The position numbers were made by a program, and so were the translations under genes. Shown here in pieces: positions 57,426 through 64,000 of a DNA stretch of 64,000 nucleotides. Within the stretch, counting starts at the first letter, position 1. Every line of letters starts with the position of its first letter. Location: assembly GCA_905178155.1 (NCBI GenBank), contig CAJINV010000001.1, positions 2,842,089-2,906,088 of the forward strand, read 5' to 3'. Source of the DNA: Amoebophrya sp. A120. Its lineage: Eukaryota; Protista; Dinoflagellata. The notes under the pieces are model-generated. The model saw only the letters and a program-made list of their open reading frames with translations, did not search any database and was not told where the DNA came from.

Positions 57426-58433
57426 TCAAAACATGCCTTGAAAATATCCTCCAGCGCCGCCTCCTGGGCCGGGCGAGCCGCGCGTCGGTGATCCCCCGGC
57501 ACCCCCTGGCTGTAGTCCCCCGAATGACGCCGCCGCACTGCCTCCGAGGAACGTCGTCAACAAGCTTCCTACAGCAGACGTTGCACCTCCACCTCCGCTC
57601 GGACTTCCATGCCTCCCCGGATCTTCGTAGAAATGCGAGTCTTCCCGCTGCGCGGCTTCCAGTATTGGCGCGTACCGACCGTCTTTCGCCATCCAACCCG
57701 CTTCCGTTTTGTGGATTCCGTCGTCGATGTCCCCGATGACTTCGTAGGGCGAGAACAGGTCCATCTTGCCCTCCACTGCTTGGTCATAGGGAATCCGCAG
57801 CATGGTCGTGATTGAGACGCTGTAGTAGCAGATCAGCACGACGAAACAGGCGTTCGGTATTATGACAATCGACGCGACCGAGTGGTCGAAATAGATCCAA
57901 AGCTGGAATAAGGATGAAATGAAGTAGCACACCCACCCGAGAATGAACAGGATGAAAAACAGCATCTGGAAATCGCGCAACCCGGCAACCGCGCGGTGGA
58001 GATCCGCGGTGCCCTGTAGCCCGCGGAGCGCCAAACCTGGGCCCCAATTGCTCATGTAGGTGCACCCAAAGATGACCACGAGCTCCAGACCGATCGCGAT
58101 GCAGGTAAAACCGAGGTACCTGTGATTGGAGATTTTTGAAGAATGCAGGGGTTGAGCCAAGAATTTCTCTATGTATCACAATGCAACTGGATTTAGAAAA
58201 ATGAGAATGACGGCGACATCATCATTGTACCACATCTGCGTCACATACGACGGCACGTCTTCGTCGTCCGGAAGCTTTTTCGTGAGTTGAGAAAACGCAA
58301 AACCCGCAAGCATGGCAGCTTGACCGATAATGCTGCCGTAGTTTGAAGTGTACCAGTTGAGCTCTTTTTGCCGCACGTCAACCTCCTGCCGCATCACGCG
58401 GGTCACCGCGTCGTTTTTCATTAGAGTTAGCAT
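57426..58433 (-). CDS. Multi-pass membrane protein with an Orai/CRAC-channel-like TM1; one GT-AG intron
   Basis: QAAMLAGFAF resembles Orai TM1 (SALLSGFAM); GPGLALRG motif; about 4 TM segments; intron 58120-58230 (MW|YLGF). Confidence 0.55.
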
Positions 58434-59935
58434 GTTTGCGAGCGTTACGCTTGTATGTTCCACCTGGCCGTATCCTATGAGCTTCCCGGTGGAATTTTTC
58501 TATCAACACTGCAAAGTGATTTTGTAGCTAAGAAATACACTGTTCGTGTTTGCAGCGGAATCCTTGACTGAGGGTCGTCCTGACCTCAAGCTAAAGAAAA
58601 AGAAAAACGAAGCGCAGCTTCTTATACCTATTTTCGATTTCGGCTTAGCTCTACTTCTGTGTCCCTTCTTCTTCAAGACTGTGAGTTTCAACCTCACTAC
58701 TCGTCTCTTGTGTTTCTTGTTGTAGGTTCGCGTCCAATTCATTGCCTGGCCGCACGAGCTGCCTTCTTTCGTGCCCGCCAACAACAGCAACGTTGACACA
58801 ACACAATAAATTACCGACCAATCATCTAGTACAATCGCTCGATTCGTGCATGTTTAACGACAAAAATAATGAGGTGTAGAAAGATGGATCCACATTTCGA
58901 ACCACGGAACAAAACAGATCACTCAGCATTGGCATATCCGCGAACACGAGTGCAAACCTTAGAGAGTCGCCCTGGCGCAGGTGCGCGACTAAGGGAACCC
59001 ACTCCCGTGGGCCTCGATAATTTAGAAGCAGAAATTACCTGCAAACACACATAAATCGCAAAGGAAGCTGGCACAAGTTAAGTTCGTGCTTGTTATGGAA
59101 AGATGCGCGATGCAGATCGATAGCTGGCACGCGGAAGCCGCGTCATCCAATTGGAAGGAGCAACTGCACCCGGCCCGCTTCACGCAATGTCGCTAAATGC
59201 GCTAAGGAATTACGAACGCGGCGGCTCGGTCGGCACTGGCAAAACAGATGGACCTGGGCCGGCCGCGCCGCGCATGACTTCAGGAGCCCACCTTGCGGAG
59301 AGCCTCTGCATGCAAGTACCGGCCCGCCGAACATGGGCTGCCACCCTTTTACGCAAAGAGCCCGCGGGGCGGCCCACGGACGTCCGTGGCCACACGACGA
59401 ATGCACGGGCGCACGCCGGGGCCCTTGGGTGTTTCTGCTTTCCAGGCCGGACCAGGAAGGGTAGCAGAGAAAGCAGGCCTGGCGGGCCGCGCCGCGGGGC
59501 TAGCGGGCGCGGCAAACGCAACCGGCCCGCCGGCGGGCCGGACGCCCGCCAGACGGGAACATCCGCGCCACCTGGGGAAAAAGGCGGCCGAGGCAACCAG
59601 GGCCGGGGGGCTGCGTGCCAAGAAGGGCGCGGGCGCTTGCCGGGCGCCCTAATTCTACGGGCGCCCACCTGCGTTCGATTGCATTCGCCCAGAACTTCGC
59701 CGACGCGCTGCGTCGCCGTCGGCCTGGCCTCGGCTCGCTTTCACCTTTCCACCTTCGCCTTCGGCTTGGGGGCGCGCGCCAACCGCCGGGCGCGCGGGAA
59801 GGATGCCACGCGGCACACCCCCACCCCGCCCCTCCTGCGCCCATTCATTGGCCCCCGGGCCCAACCAGGCCCGCCCGCGGACAAGGGCCGTCAAGAGTCG
59901 GCACTGAAGCGGATGCCGGGCGCCCCCGCCCCAAA

Positions 59936-60868
59936 TTAATAAGTATAAGCAGACGCCGGCCCCGGCGAAATGAATTGGCCGCGCGCCACCGAAGCACACC
60001 GCCAACCCGCAAAATCCCGGGGCTGACACTTGCGGGGCCCCCATCTTCTGCACCAACCGAGGGCGGACGGCTGGCCGGCCCCGGACAGGGCGCGGCACGC
60101 CCGCAGGCCCTCCTTGCTTGCTTCGGGCCGGGCGTTGTCCTTCGTGTCGATAATGATGTATGGCGCGCGCGGCGCCGGCAGCGGCACTGTCTCGCAACCT
60201 TCTGAAATGGGTCCTGCAGCTTGATCATGTTCAAGCAACAGGCGGCCGGGCCGCGGGCGTAGGTACAAACAGAGGACGGCCGGCCCCACAACGCCTCCAA
60301 GCACCTTCGCAACAATGCCCAGCATATGTGCCTACGACCTGGGGCACTGATGCGGGCGCCCCTGCGGGGCAGTCGGCCCCACTCACACACTGGCCGCCTG
60401 GCGGGGCCACGCGTGTGGCGCGGGCGCCCTAGTGCTGACGGCGCGCGCCCGGCTTGTCACAGAAAATAATAGCGCGCAAAAATGCGCCCGCCCCCGCGCA
60501 CCAGCACCCGCGTGGAACTCTTTGCCGGACGTGGGTGCTCCGTGTCTTCCCACCGGCGGACCTGAGAGGCCGCCTCGTCCTCTAAATCCAAGGCGGGCAG
60601 GCGCACGCCTCGGGCCGTCCGTCGCCAAAACGCTCCCAAGGCTGCCGGGCGTGTCTTCGGGCTATTCTTGCTCGATGTCACCGATGGCCTCGGCGAGAGT
60701 CTCCACGACAACACCGCGGGAAAGGGCTGCGCGCGGAGCGCGCGCCCAGCAGTCTAAGTGGTGCGGGAAGGCTTTCCGCAGATCGACCAGCTGCGGCATC
60801 ATGCATCTGGCTGACCTGCGGCAAGTGGGACAGATGCGGCGCGTCGTCTTTCCGCCAGCCTTCACCAT
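59936..60868 (-). pseudogene. Decayed ORF within a very GC-rich island (about 59100-60900)
   Basis: ORFs 60662-60868, 60383-60628 and 59936-60325 share one reading frame separated by stops. Confidence 0.35.
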
Positions 60869-61311
60869 GGCGACACTCCTACGCTTAGAAACGTGTTAGG
60901 GTTCGACGAAACTACAACGGAAGGAAGAAGCCTCAACTTGGCGGAAGGCCAAAAGATCTTCAATGAAAGTCGAAGTCGAAGAACACCGTATCGAAGAGGA
61001 GCACGTCCTCATTGAAAGTGAGTGTGATTTCCTCCTCCACAAACAACTCATACATCATAGGCACTTCATCTTTCTTCATCGACGCCCTTCACTGAGAGAC
61101 TCAAACCGCACCAATGACAAGTGCGACCAATGATGATCTTGATCGATCAACAACAAGACTCAAGCAAATAGTATTGTACATGATTTTCAAGAAGAAACGA
61201 AATCAACATCCTCTTTCACGTTCACCCAAATATCTTCAGACGTGTGATGAACAGCAATGTTCTACTCCCGACTCGCGACTTCACAATGATGCGACGCCGT
61301 CGTGGCTTCAC

Positions 61312-62430
61312 TCACGATCGATTACTGAACCCCGAAGCCGCAGACCGGGACCGGGGGCGCTTCGGCGAGTGGTCAAACGTGGCGGCCCGAACGATCAGCG
61401 CGTCCCACTCCGCTTTCTGGCGGGCCCGCGCGGCCTTGTGTGCCTTGTCGGGAATCTGCTGCCCGGGTACGGACGCGGTTTCTTCCCGCAGCATGGCTTG
61501 CAGCTTCTGGGCGCATTCGTCGATCATCTTCAGCTTTCCCATCAGTTTCACGTTGCTGCGACTCGCCTCGACCTTGGCTTCCGATGTTTTGTTCGTTGTC
61601 ACAGCGGTCCTGTATTTTATTCGTGGAGCAAGGAAAGTAAAGTAGTCTCCCTCGTGCGAAAGCGACCATGATACGCACGGACTAAGTACGAATGTCAACG
61701 AAAGAATGTTGTAGCCGTGGTCACGTTCATGATAAGCAAAAAAGTAGCTATTGCTACAAGAAAAAGTTGTGATGAATACATGCTGAACGGCAAGCCCATG
61801 TTGATTGCGGACGACTTGAGCCGAATCGTTGGATCTGCAAGCTTCTTCTTCAACGCCTTGGCTGTTATTTTTTGTTATTTCGACGCCCATCATGCGTCAC
61901 TTCTAACGAAGTCGCGAAAAACCATAAAAAACTCATCGTCGTCATGCTCATCCTCAAGGTCACTTCAAACCCATGCTAGACATCACGTACCTCGTGCCTC
62001 CTCGTCCACGACTTCCACGACTTTAGGCTTTGGTGCGGTGTCCCCGCCGATATCGCTGGCGAGGGGGTCGAAGAACTTGGGGAGCCGCTTGTGCGTACCC
62101 TGTCGGACGTCCTGGTAGTGCTTGATGCTCGTGCGAATGTCCGAAACATTGTCTTCCAACGACCAGTTGACGCCCTCTTGGGTTGCCTGGGCGCGGAGGG
62201 CCTCCAGAGTCTCGCGAGACTCCCTGTGGTGTGCAGGTGGTAGTGGTGTAAGAGTAAGTATGACAAAGGCAGACAACGTAAGTACGTTTCATTATAAAGC
62301 AGAAGGACAAACACGATGTTGGGCAATTCAAAACGCCACAAGAGCAGTACTCGGAAACTGATGGTCGCGGTGGCCCGGGCCTTTTGGCGAAAGTCACAGG
62401 CAAAGCGTACACTGCCCGACAAGAGGCCAT
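61312..62430 (-). CDS. Small multi-exon hypothetical protein
   Basis: ATG at 62430. A GT-AG joined exon reads ESRETLEALRAQATQEG...VDEEAR, and the last exon ends SGFSNRS. The middle exon structure is uncertain. Confidence 0.45.
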
Positions 62431-62963
62431 TTTTTGGCTCTACAAAAAAATCTTACACAGTGTCGATTGGTTCGTGCTAAACAACTGTTGTTTGCATTGT
62501 GTATAAAATGATGATGAAATGGTTATGGTAGTGCCGACGCAGAGGATGAGGAACAAGTGATGATAACGAGGTAGCGGGTGTGCTGGTGTCAGTCGTGAGT
62601 CGTTTCAGATGAGCTCAAAAATTCGATCTCCACACACGAATTCGAGAAACGATGCTCGACTCACTCGACTCTGTGTTGTCCCGCGGCAATAAAGTAAGCT
62701 GATGTAACTGAGCGAATCCAATTGGAAGCGACCGAAAAACCTTGCAGGAAAAGTCTTCACAGCAGCAGTGGTTGCCAAGTATCGTTTTATCGATGCCGTC
62801 TGAGAGAGAGAAAAATGTGTCACTCATGCAGTCCGAAGAGAGAGAAAGCCAGTTTTAGACTTACGAGGCTTGTTCCAGGTCGAAGGCGAACACAGCTCCC
62901 GTTTCGAAGATTTTCTTTTTATTGATTACGCTTACGGTACTTGAAGCAGCGTCCTGCTTTTAC

Positions 62964-64000
62964 TCAATTATCGCCTCCCCAGAAGTCGTACACCTGTTCT
63001 ACGACGACAGCGACCTCGGCCGTATTCAATAGCCTGCAAGTACGAAGCAATTCCAGGATCGCACAGCACTGCACCTTCAGTGCGACTTGCAGCGGCAGCT
63101 TCACGTCTCCCACTTGTGGGTATTCGTACTCGAAAGCAATCTCGCAACCGGGAATGTCCGCAAGCCGTTCAACACACACCTTTTTCCTCGCAGGAGCATC
63201 ATCTCCCAGCTGCTCGGCAGTGTTTGCGTTGCTCCGCTGTACTGGCTCTTCCTGATTTTTGAGGTCCTGAACCGACACGCGGACTTGCACTTCTTGCTGC
63301 CCACTGATTTCCAGCACTTGGGCGCAGTCCGGTACTCGGAGAGCGATTTTTTCCAAAACCTCCCCCAATGCCTTGAACGGAAGGGTTTCCAGAATGACAA
63401 TTTCCTGACGTTCTTGCGGATTTCGATTCTTACCGCTGTCTACCGCAGTTTCTGGCTGCATGCTGGTGCAGCCCAAGTCGACGACGTCCACAGTCTTGAT
63501 TTGGACCGGATCTATCTCTTTCCAGAAGCGCTCGCTAGCGATTTTTTCCTCTAACAACTGGTCCTGATCTGGGCGAGAACTGAACAACGAGGAAGACGCT
63601 CCTGATACTGTATCAATCTTCGTGCACAGCAGCACGGCTTGTTCGCGGAAGTTTTGCTGGTCAAAGCCTTGGTACCCTTCTTCGGGCGTCAGCATGCGGA
63701 GGGGCTTGGCCAACAAGGCTAGCTGCGCAAAGAGGCCGCCCATGACCACGCCCGGGATCAGGTCTGTGAAAAACGCGGTGGACGTGTAGGCGGTCCAGAA
63801 GCCGTACGACTCCTCGACGATCCCCGCTTCCTTGCTCAACACGTCAAAGTACATCCGCACGAAGTCGGTGAAAGGAAAACGGAACCAGGGCGTGTGGCTC
63901 AGGGAGCTCACCAACACCTCCATCATGTCGACCTGAAGCCATTCGCACAACTTGTACCACGTGTACTCCGGCTGCTTGTGCAGCGTTCGCGCGAGGTTCA
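62964..64000 (-). CDS. Hypothetical protein with a TM segment, 5'-partial
   Basis: Frame is open to the window end (NLARTLHKQPEYTWYKLCEW...); stop at 62964. Confidence 0.65.
   Translation of the reverse strand, partial: NLARTLHKQPEYTWYKLCEWLQVDMMEVLVSSLSHTPWFRFPFTDFVRMYFDVLSKEAGIVEESYGFWTAYTSTAFFTDLIPGVVMGGLFAQLALLAKPLRMLTPEEGYQGFDQQNFREQAVLLCTKIDTVSGASSSLFSSRPDQDQLLEEKIASERFWKEIDPVQIKTVDVVDLGCTSMQPETAVDSGKNRNPQERQEIVILETLPFKALGEVLEKIALRVPDCAQVLEISGQQEVQVRVSVQDLKNQEEPVQRSNANTAEQLGDDAPARKKVCVERLADIPGCEIAFEYEYPQVGDVKLPLQVALKVQCCAILELLRTCRLLNTAEVAVVVEQVYDFWGGDN

Noticed and set aside
59091-59100. TGTTATGG as an LTR start
   Set aside because: No matching second LTR, primer-binding site or target duplication was found.

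Overview
Eukaryotic, gene-dense window. Every convincing gene (about 17) lies on the minus strand, and short GT-AG introns are mixed with many non-canonical introns. This fits a myzozoan alveolate, most likely the parasitic dinoflagellate Amoebophrya (Syndiniales); the organism is inferred, not confirmed. The main signal is 20 insertions inside coding exons of 6 genes, from at least 5 terminal-inverted-repeat (TIR) families. All begin TAT, end ATA and are flanked by an apparently random 5-bp direct repeat. Removing the element plus one repeat copy restores the host reading frame in all 20 cases, with no GT-AG possible in any register. Copies occur in both orientations within genes, and all families share an internal TGTNATGC motif, often paired about 31 bp apart. 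One element is stretched to 4.1 kb and contains a whole 819-aa ORF. Host genes: an IQ-repeat protein, an Sfi1-repeat-like protein, a coiled-coil protein, a C2+PH CERLI/RASP-like protein, a tandem bPH-like protein and an HSL-family esterase. Also present: an SLC35A-like transporter, an Orai-like membrane protein, a SINE-like insertion with a 14-bp target duplication, local duplications, a degenerate tandem repeat and a dispersed structured repeat. Coordinates were read by eye and may be off by a few bases.
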